Shown here: positions 12,963-25,448 of the stretch, one piece after another
Position numbering within the stretch: the first letter of the stretch is position 1
Layout of the letters: every line of letters starts with the position of its first letter
From: Aplysia californica
Taxonomy: Eukaryota
Direction of reading: 5' to 3'
Assembly: GCF_000002075.1 (NCBI RefSeq)
Contig: NW_004797520.1
Location: 366,072-430,071 of the forward strand
Length of the DNA: 64,000 bases
Notes under the pieces: generated by a model
What the model saw: the letters and a program-made list of their open reading frames with translations, nothing else
The model's database searches: none
What the model was told of the DNA's origin: nothing
Position numbers and translations under genes: made by a program

Positions 12963-15900
12963 TCCTGTGGACTGGTCGCCAACGTGAGTACATATCTCAA
13001 CTTTTTCTGGAGATCAGTTGATCCCCTACAACGCAAATTCTGGACCAGTATTTAAAGATGTAAATTGTAAGGTATCTGTGTACAAGAGCTTGTCGCTTGG
13101 TCATGAGGATCTATTGCGGCAAATTACCGACACAATGTGCTACAGAAGAAAATGGGTGGCTGGAGGTGGTTCTGATAGTTTTCTACAGACATCTTCCCCT
13201 CCGAGGTAGCCTGACCTGTTTCACATCCCAGACCCTGGATCTTGTAGAAGAGCAGCAGAGTACATAATTTTTATATCAGGTAATAACAAAACAGTTTGTT
13301 CATAGCTCATTAAGATAGACCATAGAAGGACTTTTCTTCAAACCAAACATTGTGCAAGCTGATGCTGAAGTTGTCGAAACTCCACTAAATTCATTCCTAA
13401 ATTTAACCAACATAATAGTAAAAGTAGTAATAGGTAGGCCCACTGTTACTACAGACGACAGTATTGGTCTACATTTTTATGTCCAACCAAGGGTAATGGT
13501 GTGCACGGTTAATTACACCAAGGGATGTAAGAAACCCAATCCTAACAGTCCTGCATCATGTATACAGACGCAAAGCCAAATGTCTGAAATTTATAACGAT
13601 CTAAAGTAATCAAATCAGACACCAACATACAGTATGTTACTCTTACAACCACTCAAATATAAATAATAAATCAATTCCTGGCAGAACCATCACCAAACAT
13701 TATACATCAACAGTCACCTGATTAGAGACCAATTATAATTTATGTCAACCTTGAAACAATCTGGAATTTTGCAATTCTTGAGTGAGCTCAAGAACATTGA
13801 GAGAAGTGAAGCAACACCAAAGACCGTTCAAACAATAAAAGAAAGCAATGGTAGAACAAGTTCAACTGCTATTTGATACATACTGTAGACTACTGTTGAT
13901 GTTACTGCTGTAAAAAATGCCCATGGATCTCTGATGCTTAATAAACAACTACCGGAATTGATTTTGTTCCTTAGGAAAAGTTAAAACTGTTAAACCAATT
14001 AGCGTCAAGTGACAGAACCACATTCATGTATTATGCAATTTTTAATAGCTCAACAGGTTATAGCCCCTTGCAACACCATTACAACCTATGAGGCCAGACC
14101 TCCCAATGTTTCAATGTAATGTCCATCACCAACAGGATCAAGCCAAATGGGAACATTCACTCCTTCACAGAAAGTGCCTTCCCCAAGGACACAATGCCAG
14201 ACTGAGTGGAGTCTCAAACCCCCAATCTCACAATTATAAGTCCAGTAGCTTAATTTTTAGGCTATTGACGCAACTCCATTTTTGTATAAAAATAAAGCTC
14301 TGAAATCTAGGGAAACAAGGATAAATGAATCAGGAATTATTTTTTCTTCTACTGANNNNNNNNNNNNNNNNNNNNNNNNNNNNNNNNNNNNNNNNNNNNN
14401 NNNNNNNNNNNNNNNNNNNNNNNNNNNNNNNNNNNNNNNNNNNNNNNNNNNNNNNNNNNNNNNNNNNNNNNNNNNNNNNNNNNNNNNNNNNNNNNNNNNN
14501 NNNNNNNNNNNNNNNNNNNNNNNNNNNNNNNNNNNNNNNNNNNNNNNNNNNNNNNNNNNACAAACAGTGGAGCAAGAAAAATTTGTCAGACTGAATAAAT
14601 TAACGAAAATGAAGACAGCAAAAATGAATGAAATTATAAATAAAACAAGTACAAGCACCAAACGTACAAAAACAAAGGAAACACACACACTTCTTAGTCT
14701 TAGCAAACCTTGCAGCCCCCACAAGCATTTAACAAAGTAACATGTATGCACACATATAAAGTCTAATCTAATCATATCACAAGAAAACCAATGCATTTTT
14801 ATAATTCTTGACGAACAAAAGCATCACGAAGGTTTGAAAAAAAAATTCCAAATGAAAGAAATCAATCAATAAGTATAGCGGACCACCTTGCTTCAGCCTG
14901 AAATAAGCACTACAGCATTCAACTTGTTACCTGAAAGTGAATCGAAAATCTCCACAAATATCAAAGGCAGGTTAGGATGGTGAACTGACTGAAGTTTTTT
15001 CCTTTAAAAAATGTTCTATCCCAAACTAAGTTAAAACTGAATTTAAAAAAAAAAAGGAAATGTTGCACTTGCATACTACCATTCTGAGCAAACCATTCCC
15101 AGATTCCAGCACCTCTTGCTTTGGCATCAGTCACAACATCACAATCACAAGCAAAAGTGGATGGACCATCATGTGTGGATAGTACTTTTGTAAGTACTTA
15201 CTACACATCTATCCTTCTTTTTAAAGGAGTGTATAGTAGAGTTTAAACATTCATGTTTAAAATACAAATCAAATCTAAACAAACATCGACCAAGATTGAA
15301 ACATGAACATAATAATAATAATATTATATAGTTTATATACGGCATCACGGTTATCTTCGTAATATTAAAGTCAATACAAGGAATTCACATTTAATTACGA
15401 TAAATTCTCCTGAAAAGGAAATACCACACCCACTTTGAAAGAAAATGATAAAATTTGATTTTTGAACAGTTCTATTATTCATTGAGTTGTGCTGACATCT
15501 CTAAACTAAGCACATCCCAAACATTAAAAAAACCCAACTAGTCTTCACTAGATCTAGCCTCTAATTTAGATTTTATTCAACCCTGGAGTAAATCTATTAT
15601 AAAATGATAAAGAATGTGTACTCTTCTTAATTAAAAAAAATAATGCGTTTTCAAGCCTTAAAAGGTCCGGTTTCTACGGGAATACACTGTTAGAGGATGG
15701 TGGTGATGGTCAAAGTCAAGGCAGCAGACTTGGAAAGTAACATCTGACAAGTTGATCTTGACTCCATATAGCCATTTTTTAACAGAATTTCTGTTTTCAT
15801 CTGCCACTTCTCCACAACACAAGTGAATGTTCCATGTTGATAAAACGCCTGTGGTAATTTCTGGTCTTCGATCAAATGCGTTCCTAATTCAGTTCACAAA

Positions 15901-16254
15901 GAAGGAAAAGTAACAGTTGGATCAGACATCACTTATCCTGTCGCCTCAGGCACACTCTCTCTGCGACACTGTGAGTGTGACTTGACAATGTCCAACTATC
16001 TCATGTTTCATGTAAGTTGCAACTGTTTCCATCACTTTTGATTCACCCTTCAACTCCGGACCCATAAACAGCATCTGCTACACCAAAATTCTCAGGCATG
16101 AAAAGCTGATCTCATTGTCATGAAATTGCAGTGGGATGAAGTAGATTTCAGTATGCGTATGGTTTAATACAAAAGACCAAGCTCAACTTTGTCACGAAAT
16201 AGAAAAGTTTAAAAAACCCATAAACAAAACACATGATGGCTCTCTTCAACACTG

Positions 16255-16428
16255 TTAAGATGCTCGTCTCCTGGCATAGTAGCCTAAACACGCACAAATG
16301 CCAAGAATTCCAATAACCAAGCCAAGAACTAATGCAATGGCATCACCGGCATCAAATGCCGCGACGCCTGGAACATTGAGAGCAAAGATGAAAAGTAGGA
16401 GCTGGACGACATCGTAAAGGCCTGCCAT
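16255..16428 (-). CDS. SMIM30: Small integral membrane protein 30 (57 aa, signal peptide plus one TM helix)
   Basis: MAGLYDVVQLLLFIFALNVPGVAAFDAGDAIALVLGLVIGILGICACLGYYARRRAS matches the SMIM30 signature as I recall it (AGDAIAL.LG....I.GICACLG.YAR.R). Good start context aaaATGG. Candidate acceptor at 16546. Confidence 0.92.
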   Translation of the reverse strand: MAGLYDVVQLLLFIFALNVPGVAAFDAGDAIALVLGLVIGILGICACLGYYARRRAS

Positions 16429-16582
16429 TTTGACGATCATGAGCGTGGAAGTGAAACTGTAGCATGTGACAGGTGTCACATGACAGCACTTCTAAGGGAG
16501 ATCACCAATAGTAAATTAACGTGTGTGTGTAGTGTGTGTACAATACTGTAAAAATACGAAAAAAGAGAGCGGAAAAAAGGGG

Positions 16583-16585
<3 letters not shown>

Positions 16586-16634
<49 letters not shown>
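16586..16634. repeat. (CT)n microsatellite
   Basis: Direct reading. Confidence 0.95.
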
Positions 16635-16638
<4 letters not shown>

Positions 16639-17104
16639 CCCTAACTCCAATGTCGCATACGCTTTTCCAACAATTATTTTATTAGATTCTTAACTGGATT
16701 TTTGGATAAAAGAAAACTTGGGCTAGCTGTTCGGAATTTACTTGACCTGGTGCACATTTCCAGGGTCTCCACCCATCGTGGGACCTCATAAAAATACAAC
16801 GTATTATCAGGTACCGGTACGCTGCACATGATTGTAAAGTGGTTCTCTGTTAGTGTAGTAATGTCATTCGCGAACGACGCTTGATTAGAGAGTCTGAATT
16901 AACTTATCAATTTTTATTTTACATAGTTTTTGTAAGAGTTTTACGGCACTCTCAACGCAATACATATAAGTGCCGAAGATTAGAGGTGTTACAAGAGAGT
17001 AACAATGTAGATCTTTCCTACCAGAAGATCAGGGGTGTGGCTGAAAGACAGCAGTAAGAATATGTAGTTTATTGTGTAGTAGTATTTGAGTACGTTCGTA
17101 TGGG

Positions 17105-17397
17105 ACCCGACGTTGTGTCCTTGGGAAAAGCGCTTTACACGAGTTTTCCGCTCTTCACCCAGGTGGGAATGGGTACCCAGCTATAGATAGTGAAAGATCT
17201 TGTCAGTTTGTTAGTGTTTGAGTTTGAGCGCTTAATCAGCTGCTCGCACTGTATGCTTCCCGGGAAGCTGAGAATGTTTCTGAGTGTTCTATGGTCTGCT
17301 GGGGTAATAATATAGTGTAAAGCGCATAGAGCTTACTGTCGAGCGGGGTTATGCGCCATACAAATGCTGTATATTATTATTATTATTATTATTATTA
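17105..17397 (+). mobile_element. SINE body with (TTA)n tail
   Basis: Core GTTGTGTCCTTGGGAAA shared with the 9381 SINE; ends in TATTATTATT repeats. Confidence 0.7.
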
Positions 17398-17861
17398 TGG
17401 CTTCATACATACACGTGGGACTGTTCTGTGTGTGTAAAGGAATGTGTGTGAGTACGTGAGAGAGAGAGATAGGAGAGAGGGGNNNNNNNNNNNNNNNNNN
17501 NNNNNNNNNNNNNNNNNNNNNNNNNNNNNNNNNNNNNNNNNNNNNNNNNNNNNNNNNNNNNNNNNNNNNNNNNNNNNNNNNNNNNNNNNNNNNNNNNNNN
17601 NNNNNNNNNNGCACACAGAGAAATGATAGAGAACAAAGAAAAGAAAACAGGTCCGTTTTCAACAACATATCATTTAGGAGGAGGGCTTCTGGCCCTGCCT
17701 ATCAGGGTCAACTCGGGCTGAGAGGGATGCAGCATCCCAGCAGAAATGCCGAGATACTCAATATAAAGGAATTTCCCTACTAAGGAATCGAACCCAGGTC
17801 TCCTGAGAGCGACAATGAAGCACCTAACCCCAACACCACAGACGCCGGTTAACCTAGTATA

Positions 17862-18040
17862 GTTTTAGTAGAGGGTTTACGGCGCTTGCAACAGCATAAG
17901 GTCATATGAGCGCCAGAAGATTAGAGGTGTTGCAAGACCAAGAGGGTAACAAACATAAAAAAGAAAGGGAGATAAGGACAATAGATGTTTTATAGGAAAG
18001 AAGAAGCAAACTACATCAGAACGCCCGCCAACCACCCACT
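17862..18040 (-). mobile_element. Family A retroposon (partial copy also at ~16925-17004)
   Basis: Match to the family A consensus. Confidence 0.9.
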
Positions 18041-19706
18041 CCAGTTACCCTGACATATGGTAGTTTAATGTAATGTATGAACATTCTTCGTAATTCTCTT
18101 TTCACTCAGATTTGCTTATAATGCTAGTAGTTCTAGCCCTCAACCCCTCCGCTCTCCCCTTTTTTTTTGGAAAGGCCTCAATATAATATGTACGCCTACT
18201 GACACTGCCTTTCATCCTTCTTCTCTCTTTGATAAACAATTTCATATCATCTTTCCTGTATCCGCAGAGGAGAATATTTCTCCAGCGAAATAGAAGAAAT
18301 GAAATAACAATAAAATCTAAAGGCAACAGAAATAAAAGTACACAGTGTTTTTATTGTCTTCCATAACACCAGTCTCCATACTGACAGGACAACAAGTATT
18401 CAAATAAACATTCTAGGAACACACTTAGAACATTCTATGCATCATTGAACACAGCTAGGAGTGTCTAGATCAAGATCAGAGGCCTGAAGTTTTACAGAAC
18501 ATTATTATATCGCAGACACTGGAGGTGGAAAAGAGAAGCAATGAAGGCAAACATGTCATTATAACAGCTTCTAGGTCCACTATATTGGTTTACATAAACT
18601 CAAGGACATTGCCACTATTTCTGTTAGAAGCTGAGAGTTGTATTTCTACAATCCTGGACAAATCTCTGTTCCCAGTGGGGGTTGGTTGGGTGGGCAAATT
18701 CGAAACAAAATGCTCAGTAGCCTACACCAGAAATGTAGCTTTTTTAGGAGCATCTGAGTGAAGGAATGAATGGAAAACCATGATCGCCGATGTCTGCCGC
18801 AGATCTGGCACTGGATGAGCCTACAGCACAAAGCAATTGTATTTTCCTTGCATTTACCCTGTGACGGGTGGTTGTAACGACAAGCCTGGTTCTGATATAT
18901 TATGTATCTCTTGCTATTTCTGGAGTTTTATTATGTATCTCTCGCTATTTCAGGAGTTTAAAGTCCACAGCTAGTCTCTATTCAGTTAAGCCTTTCAAGT
19001 GAACAGAAGAAGATGCCAAGTAAGAGCTAATTGACTTCAAAAAGCACTGCCAAATGTAGGGACAGACAAAGCACAGTTAGTGAGCCAGCCCAGAAACACT
19101 ATCAATTGCGTGGCATCGTGGTGAAACCAGGCGCTCATGAAAATAACGAAATACATTTTTTAAAACAAAAAAACCCTAAAGCATTTCGAGTTGTTATTTT
19201 TTTGGGGGGGTGGGGGGTCAACAATTTTTACATCTGATAAAATAAAAACCCAACACATTTCTGTGTGGATTTTATTGCAAAATGTGGAATAAGTCGTCAC
19301 AAAATAAAAACGTTTGAAGTTTCTAAGGCATTCAAGCTTTTGAAGTCACCAAACTCTGGCAGCCATTTTCTCAGCTAACTTTACCTCTGAAAGCAGGTAA
19401 CCCCCACCTTCCTAAATCGCACCTATCTTGACTTCAATTCAAGACAGATGGGTATTTGTTCATTAAAAGTAAGACAAATTATAAACAAGCCTTAAGATTA
19501 TACCAATAACTACATAATATGCCTCAAAATTGACAAACGCCTGATTCCACTGTGTCATGTATTTTTCATTGTTTTTTGTCACTTATGATGTAAATTGAAT
19601 CAAAGCATCTAAAATTTGTTTAAAAAATAGGAATGGACTCTAGGTCCCAAAAGCAAGTTTTTCACCACCTGTACAGTCTCCAGACTTGGAGAAACCACTC
19701 GAACAA

Positions 19707-20390
19707 CAGTGGAGTCCTCTTAACCCTATCTGTACGTCATGTTTTACTAACGTATCCATATTACGTGGGGAACTCTGTGCCCCCACTTTCCAAAGAGGAA
19801 ATTTACTTGCTAATCCGATCCGTACGCTTTGCATAGCAGTCTGTCAAAGTGATTTTTTGAGAAATACTGAAAGTTTCAAAGACATCTTCGCACTAGAAGT
19901 ATTCTAAAATGTGAAGAATACAAACCCTGGGGTACAAAATGACCCCAGGCATACGGATAGGGATAAAGTGAACTCTTTGGGACTAGAAGAAAGTGTTCAC
20001 TCTATCCGAGGTTCAGTTTAACTATTGTGGTAGGGCGGACGCCTAGAAACAGACAGTAGCTACGTGTAGTGGTGGGTCTAGGGTGGAGGGACAACACAGT
20101 AGGCGAGCCTAAACTAGAGCTCTTTCTTTCCGATTGCCGTCGCCAACGTCGAGCTGGGATTGTCTGCCGATGCCCGAGGCAAAGAATTTTATTTTCACAG
20201 CATGGCGACAGTGACACGGTCGGTCGGTTCTTCGCTTTCACTTTATCTGATTTCTCCATGAAATTGGTTCATTTTATCCACTATTTTTTAAAACTTTTAA
20301 ACAAATAGCGTTTCAATCGGGACCACAGAATATCGTTCATTTTAACCGATTGTTCAAATAAAGCATGTTCACTTTAGGCGGACTCCACTG
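19707..20390. mobile_element. Tc1/pogo-like MITE with a nested piggyBac-like MITE (19724-19962)
   Basis: TIR CAGTGGAGTCC(T/G)C(T/C)TAAAGTGAAC at both ends, TA at the right end. The left TIR is split at TTAA by an element with CCCTATC..GATAGGG ends. Confidence 0.75.
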
Positions 20391-20724
20391 TAGTTCAGCA
20401 CCAAGGCCACAGCCTTCACAAAAAGCTCATGGTATCTCCTGCCCCTCCTTTCGATAGGAAGGGAAAACACCACCCCATTGAAATCTGACAACAAGCAGCA
20501 CTATTTCACAAATTTAAACTCTAAACAAATAGAATTTTTGCTCCTTTTCTGTTTCTGCGTGGCAGTTATTTATTATCTGAATCACTGAGCTTTGCCATGT
20601 TTTTTTTTCTTGTTTTTTCAACTAACTACAGGAATGGACCTATGCTTTATAATAATATGGATGTAAAATGACACATATACGCAAATATATATATAGTATA
20701 TACATAAGATGTGATGTCATGATG

Positions 20725-20835
20725 TCATCGTCTTCCTCTCCTCTTCATAGCAGCAGTGCATTGTGGACAGTACCATTTGCCTTTTGGGGCTTGCGACAAG
20801 CCCACACAGCCGTAGTGGAACCACTCGATCGGGCA
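20725..20835 (-). CDS. ING3: ING3 exon 10 (last; PHD finger C-half, stop TGA)
   Basis: CPIEWFHYGCVGLSQAPKGKWYCPQCTAAMKRRGRR*; ctcctcag acceptor, phase 0. Confidence 0.96.
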   Translation of the reverse strand, partial: CPIEWFHYGCVGLSQAPKGKWYCPQCTAAMKRRGRR

Positions 20836-20864
20836 CTGAGGAGACACGGAACAGTAAAACGAGA

Positions 20865-21182
20865 GTTTTAGTTTTCGTAAATGTTTTACGGCACTTGCAA
20901 CACAATAAGGTCATATAAGTGCCAAAGATTAGAGGTGCAACAAGAGAGTAACAAACAGAAAAAAGGAGGAGGGGAGATAAGGACGATCAATGTTTGACAG
21001 GAAAGAAGAAGCAAACCACACCAGAGCACCCGCCAACCACCCACAAGGTCATATAAGTGCCAAAGATTAGAGGTATTAACAAGAAAAAGTAACAAACAAA
21101 AAAGGAGGATAGGAGATAAGGACGATAGATGTTTGATAGGAAAGAAGGAGCAAACCACACCAGAGCACTCGCCAACCACCCA
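20865..21182 (-). mobile_element. Family A retroposon, tandem dimer
   Basis: Two head-to-tail copies ending ~30 nt upstream of the ING3 exon 10 acceptor. Confidence 0.92.
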
Positions 21183-21343
21183 TGTACAAAGATAGACGTA
21201 ACATATATATATAGAAAGATATAAAAGTATCAACAAACTGGGCATGGTCTGACAGATAGAATTGTATGGTATGGATCCGATGCTCCTAGTAACATTGGAA
21301 GGTTTTTTAAGATGCTCGGTCGCTCATTTCCCATTTGGTCGCT

Positions 21344-21574
21344 TTAAAGGAAAAGCGGGCTAACCCAGATTTCGGGGTTTTCCAGAAATCTTGACTTTCA
21401 CCAAAAGTGGACATTACCCTATCTATAGGACAAGTTTGGTTTCATTGGTGTGTATATTTGTTTGGTTATAGAGAAAACTGTCCTTGTCTTTTAAAGAAAC
21501 TGAACAAGGGTCCAAAAACTTTACCTTCAATTTTTTCAAAACAGCATTTTTCGGGATAGCCCCCTTGTGCTTAA
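21344..21574. mobile_element. TTAA-flanked MITE (Kolobok-like); second copy at ~63659-63862
   Basis: Two alignable copies with imperfect TIRs TTAA(A)G..AAGCGGGCTA / TAGCCCC.TTGTGCTTAA. Confidence 0.65.
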
Positions 21575-21861
21575 AAGCATTTATCTTCTCCTCTGAGCCC
21601 TCGCCACCGGTACACCAGTGGTACGTAAAATTGCCCATATGTCTAACCAGTGGTGGCAAGTAAAATTGCCCTTATACCTAGCCAGCTGAGGCATGTACAA
21701 TTGACCATTTGCCTAGTCACAAGTGGTGCATAAAATTGCCCGTATACCGAGCCAAGAAGACAGAAAGAAAGCCATCAAAAGTTACCAAACTGCTGAATAT
21801 CAACAAAGCTCCAACAAAAATAAATCGGAATTAGGGTCATCCTCAGGAAGCGAGCCAAAAA

Positions 21862-22043
21862 CTGTCCCCGCAGTTTATGCAAAAAAAGTATGAAATTGTG
21901 CAAACTCAGCCCAAAAATGTGAAATTATGCGATTCTGCTAATTTTAACAAAGAATGATGAAGGAAAATAGTTAGAAATTATGCACACAAAAAAATAATCA
22001 AATTTTGCTAAAATATGCGGGGTGCATAAAACCACGGAGACAG
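21862..22043. mobile_element. MITE family B
   Basis: ~21-bp TIR and 6-bp TSD CAAAAA. Confidence 0.9.
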
Positions 22044-22124
22044 CAAAAAGAAAGAGAGCTGGGGAAGGAAAGGAAGGATGAGATGAGAGAAATAAGGCGA
22101 AGGAAGAGAGAAGGTCGGACTCAC

Positions 22125-22368
22125 GTCGTTATTGTCACAGCCCACCATGTCCCCATAGGACACCTGGTTGCACAGACAGTAGCGCGGCTCGTTGGGGTCG
22201 GCGTTCCACTCGTCCACCTGCACGTCGCTCGGCACCTCCTCGCTCTCCGTCGTCGACACCTGGGGCGTGGCTGGCTGGGACGCGGTGGCCGCTGCGGCTG
22301 CTGCAGCCTGTTGCTGTTGCTGCTGTTGTTGCTGTGCTGCAGCTAAAGCTGCTGCCTTTGATGTTTGC
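22125..22368 (-). CDS. ING3: ING3 exon 9 (polyQ/polyA linker plus PHD N-half)
   Basis: ...[25 protein letters not shown]; AG/GT boundaries, phase 2 to 0. Confidence 0.95.
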
Positions 22369-23011
22369 CTGTGTGGGAAAAAATAAAACAACAAATAAAA
22401 TAACAACAGAATAGTCAATAACATTTTTATGGTTGTCTTGAATATTATTGTCATTTGTGCAGAATATATTACTATATAATATTATGTCGAAAGAAAAAGG
22501 CACCGGGAAACAGGAAATGAAATAAACCTTTGGCTCAGAGACATTGTATTGTTTGAAATCTGAAACGGCAAATTTTACTTCCATTGCCAAAAAATTGATG
22601 TACAGTGAAATACGGACAACCCTATCAATGCAACATGATCATCGAGGGTTCGCGTAATGGGCGATGACTAGTACTTTCCGAGGGGATGAGATAAGCTTAT
22701 GGCAAAGTTTGCTGTTGTTTCAGTATGAGTTACAGTTGACAGTGAGTCGGAAAGAAAGGAAATGTTCTCACATAGCCACAGACACATTCTATAAATAGTT
22801 GTAAAGTGAAAAAAGCATGCTGCAGTGTGTACAAGTGCCATGTAGATGTAGTTATTCTTCTTTTTCTTATTTTGAAATGGAAAGAAGGAAAGAATAGATG
22901 AAAGAAAAGCATAAATAATGGACTGCTAGCTGCCTTGTGTACCTGAGAATAGATAAAGAGAGAGTAAGTAAAAAGGACCAGTCTCTTTGTTTATTTATTT
23001 TAGTTAGGCTT

Positions 23012-23230
23012 TTTTAGTTTTAGTTGAGGTTTTACGGTGCTCGCAACTGCATAAGGTCTTATAAGCGCCAGAAGATTAGAGGTGTTACAAGAGAGTAACG
23101 TACACAAAAAAAGAAGAAGGGGGAGATAAGGAGGATAGATGTTTCATAGGAAAGAAGAAGCAAACCACACCAGAGCACCCGTGAACCACCCACGCAAGGT
23201 TTTTACGGCGCTCGCAACTGGACAAGGTCG
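23012..23230 (-). mobile_element. Family A retroposon plus partial copy
   Basis: Match to consensus, just downstream of the ING3 exon 8 donor. Confidence 0.9.
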
Positions 23231-23275
23231 ACCAGTCTCCGTACACACACAGGTGACAACACACGACAAACATAC

Positions 23276-23433
23276 TTTTTTGTTCTTTGTGATCGGGGAA
23301 CTGGCTCTGGCGTTGACGGAGCGGACACCGACTGGCTCACACTGATGCTCAAATCTTTGGGAAGGACAGAAGGATTCTTCGTCATGAGGTCGTAGCTGGC
23401 CTTCATGCTAGACGTCCGCCTCCCGGTCTGCAT
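23276..23433 (-). CDS. ING3: ING3 exon 8
   Basis: MQTGRRTSSMKASYDLMTK... (ING3 motif GRRTSS.KASY); phase 0 to 2. Confidence 0.92.
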
Positions 23434-23459
23434 CTACAGGGACAAAACACAGAATGCTT

Positions 23460-23641
23460 GTCTTTTAATTTTTGTAAGAGTTTTACGGCACTTGCAAGAC
23501 GATAAGGTCATATAAATGCCGAAGATTAGAGGTGTTACAAGAGAGAAACAAACACAAAAAAGAAGGGCGGGAGATAAAGACGATATATGTTCGATAGGAA
23601 AGAAGGAGCAAACCACACCAGAACACCTGTCAACCACCCAC
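23460..23641 (-). mobile_element. Family A retroposon
   Basis: Full copy ending ~27 nt upstream of the exon 8 acceptor. Confidence 0.92.
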
Positions 23642-23878
23642 TATAAACAATAAAGACAAAGAAAAAATATTAGTACTAATCTATAAAACATAAAAGCCAA
23701 CGAGAGAATACTAGTCTATTAAACAACCCCCCCCCCCCACCCCCCAAAAAAAACCAAGAGAGAATACTCATGTATATATAACATAAGAGACACAGAGAGA
23801 ACACAGGCCTATAAAACACTATATATTTATATAATTCACACAGGGAGACAACCCGTCTAGAAATCTCTGTAATCTTAC

Positions 23879-24144
23879 TTGAATAGTTGCTGCCATTGCC
23901 TGAGAAGCAGCAGCAGCAATGGCAGGGTTCCCAGCCCCAATGTTGCCCAAAGTGTACGAGATTCCTGACCCTGACCCTGAAGAACTGAACATCTTTGCTG
24001 CCGGTGAGCTGGAGGCTGAGCTGGGCCGCCGCGGCCCAAACGATTCTCTCACGACTTCATTGGCGAGAGATGAAAGAACTTCTGTCGCTGGTCGCTTGTC
24101 CGAGTGATTCGTAACTGTCGACTGTGTGTGGGTGAGGCGGCGCT
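23879..24144 (-). CDS. ING3: ING3 exon 7
   Basis: KRRLTHTQ...GAGNPAIAAAASQAMAATIQ; phase 1 to 0, canonical splice sites. Confidence 0.88.
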
Positions 24145-24171
24145 CTGTTTTTTTTAGTTGAAAAAAAAAAA

Positions 24172-24332
24172 GTTTAGTTTTAGTAAGAGTTTTACGGCAC
24201 CTGCAACACAATAAGGTCATATAAGTGCCGAAGATTAGAGGTGTTACAAGAGAGTAACAAACACAAAAAAGAAGGAAGAGAGATCAGAACGATAAATGTC
24301 TGATAGATAGGAAGGAAGAAGCAAACCACACA
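24172..24332 (-). mobile_element. Family A retroposon (5' end missing)
   Basis: Match to consensus; tail ends ~27 nt upstream of the exon 7 acceptor. Confidence 0.9.
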
Positions 24333-24707
24333 CTTTTTATGGGAAAACTCCAGCCCATAACTCAAAAGATGCACTAAATTCCCTGAGTAGAAGAGAACAA
24401 GTCACGATCTTTCGCCTACGAACACAACACATCCTACTGAATTCCCACCAAAATAAGATCCGCAAGGATACGCCACCCGACTGCCCTTTGTGTGACTGCC
24501 AGGAAGAAACAGTATCACACCACCTCTTTTACCTGCCCTGCACTTTGCGATCTGCGTAGCACCTACCTTCCTGCCTCCCCAGACATCGGAAATACTCTAT
24601 ACAGCGACAAAGCACAGCTGATAAAAACCTGTAAATTCTGTGCCATATCCACAGGCCGAAGGGCTACAACTCAAATGGCCGCTGGATCGGAAAAGTAAAA
24701 TAAAGTA
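24333..24707 (+). mobile_element. 3' fragment of an I/Ingi/Nimb-group LINE ORF2 (zinc knuckle), frameshifted
   Basis: Translates LSRREQVTIFRLRTQHILLNSHQNKI..DCPLCDCQEETVSHHLF/TCPAL (CxxC..H..C), followed by an AAGTAAAATAAAGTA tail. Confidence 0.8.
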
Positions 24708-25021
24708 TGGGAAAACCCAGACTGATCTAATAGACTGATACTTTGAGAGCTGCACAGGAATCTGTTTTCAGTAACAAACCTGATACACAATGCTTTCCCA
24801 CCAATTTTGAAAAATGCACATATATAAATGTGGATTTTATCCCGTTAATTACCACAGAACATTCGAGCACATGGTCTTACTGATGGGAAATGTCACACAT
24901 AAAATCAAATGAGATCAAAACAGAAGGGAAAAAAAAGTACATAGATGAGGAATACAAGACATCAGAAAAGTATGCATGAAAATATTTTTTTCAGGAAGAT
25001 GACTCCAAGTGTTTGACTTAC

Positions 25022-25075
25022 TCTCTGACTTGTGGTTAGTCAGCCCGGGGGGCGGTTTATCAAGTTCCAAAGATC
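25022..25075 (-). CDS. ING3: ING3 exon 6
   Basis: RSLELDKPPPGLTNHKSE; phase 1 to 1. Confidence 0.93.
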
Positions 25076-25351
25076 CTGAAGAAGAAAAAAATGGAGTCAC
25101 TTACTAGAGGAAAAAAAAAAATAATGAAAATACTTCTTACTGAAAGCGTATCCAGTGCTTGTCCGATATTTTGCAATTTAAAAAAAGAATATTAACTCAT
25201 TGATTGAGTAGTTATCCATGGATTATAAACCAAACCAAGAGAAAACTTATGTGCAACAAAGCTCTTCCTGCAGTCGTGATAAAAACATAAATTCCAATGT
25301 TGCTATCGATCCAGTATGAATTTCAATAACTTTTCACACAGAGTATCTTAC

Positions 25352-25448
25352 GCTTTTCGAGCACTTCTGTGATTCCAGCATTATCAGCTTCTAGCTCCAT
25401 TTTGAATTTGGAAAGTTCTTGATCTAAACGTCGGGAGTGCCGGTCAAC
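25352..25448 (-). CDS. ING3: ING3 exon 5
   Basis: VDRHSRRLDQELSKFKMELEADNAGITEVLEK (ING N-terminal domain). Confidence 0.97.
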
